From contig VBWE01000014.1 in the NCBI GenBank assembly GCA_006218065.1, positions 1,618 through 65,617 of the forward strand: 64,000 bases of DNA. The letters run 5' to 3'. The DNA is from Bacteroidota bacterium. Lineage in GTDB: Bacteria; Bacteroidota; Bacteroidia; Palsa-965. Position numbers and translations under genes: made by a program. The notes beneath the pieces are model-generated. The model was given only the letters and a program-made list of their open reading frames with translations, was not told the origin of the DNA and did not search any database. Shown in pieces: positions 56,842 through 64,000 of this stretch; within the stretch, counting starts at the first letter, position 1, and every line of letters begins with the position of its first letter.

Positions 56842-57498
56842 CTAATTTTGCCGGGTACACACATCCGCTTTGAAAAGCCGGAAGATGCCGTGCGCTGCGC
56901 CGTAAATGGATCCGTCCACCGTTTCGTTCAGCGTGTGGCCGTTGGTATTTATACTTTCCTGGCGCCATTCGAAACAGGGATTGCCCGTAGTATCCGCTCC
57001 GGGCGGCGGGGTGGTGGTGGCCTGGTCTTCGTTGAAAATCTGGCCGGCGTAATGGTAGATATTCCCGGTACTGACTTCCAGGACTTCGGCCTCCATTTCA
57101 ATACCATAGCCGTTCAGATGGAACGTATAGGTATCCGGCGGATGCAGCATATTCCACAGCCAGCCGTTGTCTTCGTAGCAGTTTTCGGTGTACGATTCGG
57201 TGCGGGTGGTTTCGTAGGCGCGTACCGACCTGATCGTCATAATGTACTGCGCCACAGCGGAATCAGCCGGGTTGACCATCACCTCGTTCCAGAGAAAATT
57301 GAACGAAGGCAGCGTCATATTCCGCATGCGGGTAGTGTCGTACCCGTCCAGGTAATAGCATTCCGGGATAGTTTCGAGCGTGCAGTGAAAACCGTTCATA
57401 TTGACGTAAATGGTAACGGGCGTATGGATTTCACACTCTTTTGTGCAGCCGCTGAACAAGGCCAGAGAAGCCGTTACCGGCAGGAGCAGTTTTTTCAT
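56842..57498 (-). CDS. Hypothetical lipoprotein
   Basis: MKKLLL...LFSGC lipobox. Confidence 0.7.
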   Translation of the reverse strand: MKKLLLPVTASLALFSGCTKECEIHTPVTIYVNMNGFHCTLETIPECYYLDGYDTTRMRNMTLPSFNFLWNEVMVNPADSAVAQYIMTIRSVRAYETTRTESYTENCYEDNGWLWNMLHPPDTYTFHLNGYGIEMEAEVLEVSTGNIYHYAGQIFNEDQATTTPPPGADTTGNPCFEWRQESINTNGHTLNETVDGSIYGAAHGIFRLFKADVCTRQN

Positions 57499-57643
57499 GG
57501 GATGAGGGTCATCAACCGGATAACGGGTACACGGTCCGAAGGGTTGGAATTGGTGGTAAAAAATGTTTAAAAAGCCCGAATTACCCTGATTTTACCCTGT
57601 TTTGGGTATGGATTTACCCGTATTTACGGGCGTTCTTTGTATC

Positions 57644-57802
57644 GTGAATACACCAAACATCCAGGCCCGGGACGCCCGTCCTGAAAACAGTTGCGAGATC
57701 TGCCCTTTTGCGGAGTTGCTGGCTGTAAACTGGAAGAAGAAAAAGAAGTGCTGCAAAAGCTGGAAGAAAGATAAGCGATGCGGCAAATGTCCCGCGCATT
57801 AG
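57644..57802 (+). CDS. Small Cys/Lys-rich protein (~52 aa), putative metal-binding
   Basis: CEIC...KKKCCKSWKKDKRCGKCP. GTG start chosen. Confidence 0.55.
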   Translation: MNTPNIQARDARPENSCEICPFAELLAVNWKKKKKCCKSWKKDKRCGKCPAH

Positions 57803-57807
57803 CCTCC

Positions 57808-57887
57808 ATTTTCGATTTTGGATTGCCGATTTGCGATTTATTCGTGCGGCAGGTTGTGCGCCAATCATAAATCGTCAATCGTAAATC
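57808..57887. repeat. Heptamer-repeat hairpin between convergent genes
   Basis: ttttcgattttggattgccgatttgcgattt ... aatcataaatcgtcaatcgtaaatc. Confidence 0.65.
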
Positions 57888-58548
57888 ATTTATCCAGCCG
57901 GTATCCTTTCAGCAGAGTCTCCATGTCGATCATCAGCCTGTCGACTTCGGAAGAATCCGTTCCATCGTAAATGCCGCGGACATATCCTTCCTTGTCCACC
58001 AGCGAGAAGAGCTGGGAGTGCACAAAATCATCCGCTCCGCCGTTTCCTTCGGTAGTTGAAACGAAATACGATTTGCGGGCCAGTTCGTACAGTTGCGGTT
58101 TATCGCCGGTTACAAAATGCCACTGCGAAGCGTCGGCATGATGCTGTGCGGCGTAAGCGGCAAGGCTTTCAACGGTATCGCGCGCGGGATCAACGGTGTG
58201 AGAGATAAATTTTACTTCCGGGTCGCCCTTGAATTTTTCATACACGCGCTGCATCTGGCTGGTCATTACCGGGCAGATACTTTTGCAATTGGTGAAGAAA
58301 AAATCGGCTACGAAAATGCTGTTTTTAAAATCGGCGCGGGTGACGGTTTTGCCCGACTGGTTAAGGAGACTGAAATCGGAAACGATATGTTTCCCGGCAG
58401 TATCCACCTGCTTGTTCCGGGCTTCCGCTACCGCGTTGATGTACGGCAGTTTTTTCATCGGCTTGTCTTCCCGCCACATGTACCAGCCCGTAAAAGCGAG
58501 CGCGGCGGCGGCAACAGCGATGAGGATATTCTGGATCCGGGTACTCAT
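57886..58548 (-). CDS. SCO family copper chaperone
   Basis: DFFFTNCKSICP (CxxxC), VDP.RD, HS and RG.YDG. Confidence 0.93.
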   Translation of the reverse strand: MSTRIQNILIAVAAAALAFTGWYMWREDKPMKKLPYINAVAEARNKQVDTAGKHIVSDFSLLNQSGKTVTRADFKNSIFVADFFFTNCKSICPVMTSQMQRVYEKFKGDPEVKFISHTVDPARDTVESLAAYAAQHHADASQWHFVTGDKPQLYELARKSYFVSTTEGNGGADDFVHSQLFSLVDKEGYVRGIYDGTDSSEVDRLMIDMETLLKGYRLDK

Positions 58549-58587
58549 GCATCAGGGAGATATAAAATTCCTTCGGAATAAATCGTT

Positions 58588-58719
58588 TACCAGATATGAG
58601 ATGTGAGATATGAGACTCCGTATTTCATCACATACATGTATGCTTCCGTTTGCTGTTAATTATGCTGACAACTCGCTCAGCAAGTCTCAAATCTCAAGTC
58701 TCACATCTCATATCTGGTA
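58588..58719. repeat. Heptamer-repeat (GAGATAT-type) long hairpin
   Basis: taccagatatgagatgtgagatatgagact ... agtctcaaatctcaagtctcacatctcatatctggta. Confidence 0.8.
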
Positions 58720-58792
58720 AAACAGACGTATTGAATTGTTTACTTTTTATTTCCCTGATCACAATTTTAAACACACCTTCCGGAACTGAAGG

Positions 58793-59623
58793 TTATTTCT
58801 TCACTTCTTCGCCGCCTTTGTACTTGACGGTTTTCACTTTTTTCCCGGCTTCGTCAAACTCCACCCAGTCGCCTTCTTTTTTGCCATCCACGTATTTGCC
58901 CTGCAGTTTTACTTTGCCGCTTTCGAAAAATTCTTTCCATGTGCCGGATTCCTTGTCTTTGACGAATTGCCCGGTGCCGCGCGGTTTACCGCTTTCGTAG
59001 TATTCGTTCGTAACGCCTTCGCGCAGGTTGGTTTTGTAAAGGAGTTCGGTATCCACGTTGCCGTTCTTGTGATAGGTTTTCTGCGCACCTTCGAGGTTCC
59101 CGTTTTTGTATGTCGATTCGGTGCTGAGTTTGCCGTCGGCGAAATACCATTTCGAAACGCCGTCGCGCATATTGTTCACATAGCGGCCTTCTTCCTGCAG
59201 TTTTCCGTCATTATAATACATGCGTTTCACGCCGTTGATTTTTCCCATGCTGTAATCGATATACGATTTCAGCTTGCCGCCGGTGAAATACGTGCGCTGC
59301 AAACCGTCGAGCGTATCGTTTTTATATTTCTCCTCGCGGAAGAACAGGCCCGACTTGTCGATGGCGATGCTGATGCCGTTCTTTTTCCCGTTCCGGTATT
59401 CATCGATATTCGAAACGACGCCGGTACTGTGATAGGCATACCAGGTTCCTTCTTTTTTCCCGTCCACATAATTACCGTACCAGGAAACGGCGTAGATCGT
59501 TTCTTTCCAGAAGCCCTGTTTCCGGTTTTGCGCATCCGTTTTGTTGGTATCGCCGGGGAGCGTGATCGCAAAAAGAGGTGCCGAAAGGAAAAAGAGGGCG
59601 AGCATTGTAAAAACTTTTTTCAT
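58793..59623 (-). CDS. MORN-variant repeat (YwqK-like) exported protein
   Basis: Signal peptide and repeated 'G.W..YY..GK...EG.Y..G..' units. Confidence 0.85.
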   Translation of the reverse strand: MKKVFTMLALFFLSAPLFAITLPGDTNKTDAQNRKQGFWKETIYAVSWYGNYVDGKKEGTWYAYHSTGVVSNIDEYRNGKKNGISIAIDKSGLFFREEKYKNDTLDGLQRTYFTGGKLKSYIDYSMGKINGVKRMYYNDGKLQEEGRYVNNMRDGVSKWYFADGKLSTESTYKNGNLEGAQKTYHKNGNVDTELLYKTNLREGVTNEYYESGKPRGTGQFVKDKESGTWKEFFESGKVKLQGKYVDGKKEGDWVEFDEAGKKVKTVKYKGGEEVKK

Positions 59624-59667
59624 AATAACAGGTGTTTTTGATTGCCGGGGTAAAATTACAGAATACA

Positions 59668-60687
59668 TCACCACTTCACTACAATTTTCCCGGTTGATCG
59701 TCTTGACCCGAGAAAATCGTGTGCCTGGGCGAGTTCGTTCGCTGCAAAAACCGCGCCTGTTTGTGGTTTAAAAATACCTGCTTCCGAAAGCCGGGCTACT
59801 TCCCCGAGGCAGCGCTGCAGCAGGTCGGGCCGGTGGTCGGCAATCCGTAGCATATTGATGCCGATGATGGATTTGGACGGCTGCAGCAGGCCGATCGGGT
59901 TGTAGAAACCGAAGCCGAATACAAGGCCCAGCAGGGAAAAGATGTTTCTTTTTTCCAGCCGCTGCGCTGCGCCGTAACCGGCTATTTTCCCGCCGGGTTC
60001 GAGCAAACGAAAACCCTGTTTGAAAACTTTTCCGCCGATGGAATCGAAAACCACGTCCACGCCTTTGCCTTTGCGGATGCGCCGGATCGCCTCATCGAAT
60101 TTTTCCTTGTTGTAGTTGACCGGGAAATCGACGCCGATGCGCCGCAGGTATTCGAATTTTTCATCGCTGCCGGCGGTACCGTAAACCGTGCAGTCCCTGT
60201 ATTTGGCCAGCTGCACCAGCGCAGTGCCTACTCCGCCGGCTGCAGCCTGCACAAGCACGTGTTCGCCGGCATGCAGCCGCATACATTCTTCGGCCGCATA
60301 CCAGGCCGTGCAGTATTGTGTCGCCAGGGCGGCAGCATGCCCGGTTTCCATGTCCTCCGGAATAGCGACGACAGCGCGGAAATCCGTAAGCGCGTGTGTA
60401 GCATACCCGCCGAAACGTGTAAAAGCGATCACGCGCTGTCCCGGCGAAAAAGGAACTGCCGCCGAGCCGGTTTTTTCCACGCGGCCCACCACTTCATAAC
60501 CCAGGATTGCGGGAAGCGGCGGCGCTTCTTTGTAAAGTCCCATGCGCGCCATCACGTCGGCGAAATTCAAACCGAAGGCTTCGACGGAAACGAGTACCTG
60601 GTTTTCGGCCGGGGGAGGCAGTTTTAATTCCCGCCGTTCAAAAGCCTTTGCCGATTCACCGTAACGCGTGAGGTAAAATGCTTCCAT
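59668..60687 (-). CDS. Zn-independent MDR oxidoreductase (VAT-1/quinone oxidoreductase-like)
   Basis: GLNFAD.M.R.G.Y, GYE..G, AAAGGVG and STGKIV. Confidence 0.9.
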   Translation of the reverse strand: MEAFYLTRYGESAKAFERRELKLPPPAENQVLVSVEAFGLNFADVMARMGLYKEAPPLPAILGYEVVGRVEKTGSAAVPFSPGQRVIAFTRFGGYATHALTDFRAVVAIPEDMETGHAAALATQYCTAWYAAEECMRLHAGEHVLVQAAAGGVGTALVQLAKYRDCTVYGTAGSDEKFEYLRRIGVDFPVNYNKEKFDEAIRRIRKGKGVDVVFDSIGGKVFKQGFRLLEPGGKIAGYGAAQRLEKRNIFSLLGLVFGFGFYNPIGLLQPSKSIIGINMLRIADHRPDLLQRCLGEVARLSEAGIFKPQTGAVFAANELAQAHDFLGSRRSTGKIVVKW

Positions 60688-60712
60688 GGGTTGGTTTTTA
60701 TGGCCGTCGGAA

Positions 60713-60801
60713 AAAATATCAAATGAAAAATGTCAAATACTAAATTTCAAAGTGCCGGAAACTTTAGCGTTTGTGATTTGACATTTTGCATTTGATATTT
60801 T
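60713..60801. repeat. Heptamer-repeat (TCAAATG-type) hairpin
   Basis: aaaatatcaaatgaaaaatgtcaaat ... atttgacattttgcatttgatatttt. Confidence 0.75.
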
Positions 60802-60818
60802 CTGCCCGGGAGCTACGC

Positions 60819-61274
60819 TCATTCTTTGAGTGATTCGAGATCAAGATGCTGATACGTCTGGCTTTTTGAAGGGAAGGTCATCAGCAGGTAGAAATTGAGC
60901 GCTACGGCGAGAAAAAACGGGGCGATGTTGCGGGTGAAGATGACCATGAACAGTGCGGCCATCACGGCGGCGGCCTGCAGCAGCCAGCGCAGCAGCAGTT
61001 GTGAACGGTAACGCTGCAGGCGCGCATGCAGCCTGCCTTCGCGGCGGGCAATCTTCAGTCCTTTGTTGAAGAAATAATGCGAACAAAAAAGAATGGCCAG
61101 CGCAAGCACAACCGGCGCCGCGATTCCCATCAGCGGATTATCGAACGACATAGACACTCTTTTATTCCTGATCCAGAAAAACCAGATCGTACCTGTTGCT
61201 CCCCCGCAAATCAATAAGCAGAAAATAAACCAGATCCGGACCTGTTTCAGGAAAGCGAGAACAATTACCCTCAT
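60819..61274 (-). CDS. Hypothetical 4-TM membrane protein
   Basis: Four hydrophobic segments. ATGA overlap with the upstream gene. Confidence 0.7.
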   Translation of the reverse strand: MRVIVLAFLKQVRIWFIFCLLICGGATGTIWFFWIRNKRVSMSFDNPLMGIAAPVVLALAILFCSHYFFNKGLKIARREGRLHARLQRYRSQLLLRWLLQAAAVMAALFMVIFTRNIAPFFLAVALNFYLLMTFPSKSQTYQHLDLESLKE

Positions 61275-62026
61275 CGTTCAAATACTTTTTCGAGTATGGG
61301 AGAATCCGCGATATCTTTCGGCGTAATCACGTCTTCCTCAAGCGGTGTTTTGTTTCCGTATTTTTCTTTGAGCTGTTTGCTCACTTCGCCGGAAGTGAGG
61401 TTCAGCGTTTTCAGTTTCCGGAGTTCACCCAGCCGCAGCGCGATACCTTCGTGGTAAATTTTCCAGACCAGTTCGGAAGCATACAGGGCGTCATCGCCCC
61501 AGCCGAAGTAACGGTCGTACGGTTTTTTGGCATATTGCCGGGCCGCTTTTTTCAGCCGGTCGAGTTTTTTCTCGTTGATGATTTTATTCGCGTTTTTCAG
61601 GCGCATGATCATTACATGCTGGCCGTTTCCGCGGTTCACCCATTCGCGGAGCGAGATGAGCCGGGTGGTATCGTATGCTTCTATGACCACGTACTCGCCG
61701 TTTTTCGGGCGGATGAAAATAACACCCATGTGGTTGTATTTCCAGCCGGTGGCTTTACCGAAAACCTGGCAGTGCGGCGCATCGGAAACCTGGAAAACAA
61801 TATCTCCTTCATACACCGGCGGCAGGGCCACCATATTCACTGTATCGCTGCTGCGTCCGGCGGCGCTGATGATGGAGTCGGCGGTTTCAGGCGAAATGTC
61901 GGTATGCTGGTGGTGATCATGGTCATCGCGCGCCGAATCGGCCGTGTCCGCAGCGTTTTTCTTCGCATCCGTTCCGCACGACCAGCAGCACAGGGCAAAA
62001 ACGGCGATGAAGTACAATATCCTCAT
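61271..62026 (-). CDS. YiiX/YebB-like permuted NlpC/P60 lipoprotein with Ala at the catalytic Cys position
   Basis: EGDIVFQ, YNHMG, V.EA and PYD..F.W.DD.LYASELVWKIY (family consensus YCSELV). Confidence 0.8.
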   Translation of the reverse strand: MRILYFIAVFALCCWSCGTDAKKNAADTADSARDDHDHHQHTDISPETADSIISAAGRSSDTVNMVALPPVYEGDIVFQVSDAPHCQVFGKATGWKYNHMGVIFIRPKNGEYVVIEAYDTTRLISLREWVNRGNGQHVMIMRLKNANKIINEKKLDRLKKAARQYAKKPYDRYFGWGDDALYASELVWKIYHEGIALRLGELRKLKTLNLTSGEVSKQLKEKYGNKTPLEEDVITPKDIADSPILEKVFER

Positions 62027-63087
62027 TTGAGCCATTTGTTTTTTCTGAAATAGATGAGCAGGCCGGCGGCAATCGCAATCATGATGCCCCAGACTACGAA
62101 ATACCCGGCTTTGGTTTCCAGTTCGGGCATGTGCTTGAAATTCATCCCGTACACGCCGGCGATGAACGTGAGCGGAACAAAGATCGTGGTGATGATGGTC
62201 AGCGTTTTCATCACCTGGTTCATCCGGTTGCTGATGCTCGACAAATAAATGTCCATCATGCCCGCCAGCAGGTCGCGGTACGTTTCTATGGTATCGATCA
62301 CGCGGATCGTATGGTCGTGCACATCGCGCAGGTAAATGCCCGTCGATTCAGAAAACAGGCGTGTTTCACTGCGTTCGATATTATTCACCATTTCACGCAT
62401 GGGCCATACTGATTTACGGAGATAGATCACTTCCCGCTTGATCTGGTGCAGCCGGCGGAGAACACCGTTGTCCGGACTTTTCAGCAGCAGGTCTTCAATG
62501 TCTTCCAGTTCATCGCCGATCATTTCAAGCACGGAAAAATAAGAATCGACCACGGAATCCATCAGCGTATAAGCCAGGTAATCCGCTTTCTGCTTCCTGA
62601 TCCTGCCTTTACCCTGGCGCAGGCGGTTGCGGATCTGGTCAAACACGTCGCCGCCATCCGCTTCCTGGAAAGAAATAAGCGTATTGTCGTTCAGTAAAAT
62701 GATGACGAGCTGTTCGGAAACCAGTTTCTTTTTGATTTTCGGATTCTCGTACACCATTTTCATGATGCAGGCGATATAATTGTCGTAGTCTTCTACCTTG
62801 GCCCGCTGCATGGTATTGACGATATCCTCGAGCGTGAGCGGATGGATATTGAACCGTGTGCCGATCGATTCTACAATCGCGGTATCGTGTATGCCGTCCA
62901 CATTGATCCATTTCACCTTACCGTTATCGGTATGGTTCATGCATTCGTCGAAATCGGAAAAATCCCGTTCGAAGTATTCCTGCTCGTCGTATTGAATCAG
63001 GGTGATGCTGACCTTTTCCTTCGTGTCCTTACCGAAGTAAACCAGGGTGCCGGGTGGTGTGCCGGATTTTTCTGACAGGTTTTGCAT
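62023..63087 (-). CDS. corA: Magnesium/cobalt transporter CorA
   Basis: G.PPGTL, WINVDG, HPL.LEDI and YGMNF..MPEL. Confidence 0.96.
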   Translation of the reverse strand: MQNLSEKSGTPPGTLVYFGKDTKEKVSITLIQYDEQEYFERDFSDFDECMNHTDNGKVKWINVDGIHDTAIVESIGTRFNIHPLTLEDIVNTMQRAKVEDYDNYIACIMKMVYENPKIKKKLVSEQLVIILLNDNTLISFQEADGGDVFDQIRNRLRQGKGRIRKQKADYLAYTLMDSVVDSYFSVLEMIGDELEDIEDLLLKSPDNGVLRRLHQIKREVIYLRKSVWPMREMVNNIERSETRLFSESTGIYLRDVHDHTIRVIDTIETYRDLLAGMMDIYLSSISNRMNQVMKTLTIITTIFVPLTFIAGVYGMNFKHMPELETKAGYFVVWGIMIAIAAGLLIYFRKNKWLK

Positions 63088-63300
63088 AGACGGTTTTAAA
63101 CACGCCCTTATTTCTTCTCGGGCATAGCCCGTACGAATTTAGGAGAAAGTTGGGAATAAATAACATTAAGTTAATGCAGGGCACGCCCCGGGGCGTTTCG
63201 TGCAAACCCGGAAGGAATCGCGCATGACTCTCCTGTGCTTATAATCGAAGTAATCTGCACGATCGTGATAATGATCCCGGGGACTTAAAGACCTGCAGTT

Positions 63301-64000
63301 TTAATTTTTTCCCTGCAGCAATGCTTTATTCAGTGCCCGTTCAAAAGCAGGATCGATCGCTGCATTCAGCCGGCGCGCTTCTTCGAGATCGTTTTTCGCA
63401 CCTGTATAGTTTTTCAGGTAATACCTGGAAATACTCCGGGTGACATATGTTTGCGGCTGATCTTTTTTCAATTCCAGTGTACGGCTGGCATCTTCTTCTG
63501 CGCGGTGATAATCACGGAGCATGAAATAAGCGTAGCTGCGATTATTGTAAAGTTCGGGACGCTGCGGGTTCAGCCGGATCGCTTCGTTAAGATATGGCAG
63601 CGCTTTTTCGTGCAGTCCTTCCTGCTGAAAATGATTGCCGAGCATGCTGTGGAAAAAACTCACGGACGGTGATTCTTCCGCACCGGCCACAGCAAAACTG
63701 ATTTCGTTTTTATAAACCGGCAGGCGGGAAAATGTTTTCACGGCAAAAACCAGTACCAGCGCAAATGCCAGCCGCTGCACGATAATTTTTGGAGCCGGGA
63801 TACGGATCTGCGTAATAAAAAGCAACACACCGATCAGCGAAGTATATACACGATGTTCGTAATGTTCGCCGTTGGCGCTGGTTGTGCCGAACCAGGCCGG
63901 GATAAGGATCAGGGCGTAAAACCAGCACAAACCCAGCAGGCATAATTTCCGGTTGTACACGCCGAACCGGAAAGCGGCCGCACCCGCTAAAATAGTCACA
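63301..64000 (-). CDS. TMTC-like membrane protein with TPR repeats, C-terminal part (starts beyond the window)
   Basis: EHRVY motif after TM helices, followed by TPRs (A...NP....YNNR). Confidence 0.7.
   Translation of the reverse strand, partial: VTILAGAAAFRFGVYNRKLCLLGLCWFYALILIPAWFGTTSANGEHYEHRVYTSLIGVLLFITQIRIPAPKIIVQRLAFALVLVFAVKTFSRLPVYKNEISFAVAGAEESPSVSFFHSMLGNHFQQEGLHEKALPYLNEAIRLNPQRPELYNNRSYAYFMLRDYHRAEEDASRTLELKKDQPQTYVTRSISRYYLKNYTGAKNDLEEARRLNAAIDPAFERALNKALLQGKN

Noticed and set aside
58793-59623. YwqK-type antitoxin of a toxin-antitoxin pair
   Set aside because: No adjacent toxin gene. Signal-peptide MORN-repeat proteins are common in Bacteroidota.

Overview
A 64-kb chromosomal segment from a Bacteroidota bacterium. 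The assignment rests on several T9SS cargo proteins, TAnnTT(T/C)G -7 promoter boxes and A-rich start regions without Shine-Dalgarno motifs. Housekeeping and metabolic genes: meaB (partial), mscL, nbaC/nbaD of the kynurenine pathway, purF, recJ, DAHP synthase-chorismate mutase, corA, an SCO protein and GT2/GT87/TMTC-like glycosyltransferases. T9SS cargo: an S8 protease disrupted by an internal deletion, two tandem CotH kinases and beta-propeller/Ig-repeat proteins. The main accessory feature is a 12-gene Ter/TerY-P operon (33144-43746): terD x3, HAD, PRTase, vWA x3, a YggT-like protein, Ig-PP2C, a kinase and terC. It is preceded by a promoter-abutting 20-codon ORF and a terminator hairpin, which looks like an attenuator, and its kinase appears to have a WNK-like relocated catalytic lysine. 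Other notable items are a wHTH/TPR-like protein facing a divergent 24-aa micropeptide gene with its own palindrome and terminator, a ~235-bp MITE-like element in two copies, and many intergenic 7-/9-mer-repeat palindromes, one of which encodes a signal peptide. I saw no rRNA, tRNA, CRISPR array, integrase or transposase. All family assignments come from motifs read by eye, not from database searches.
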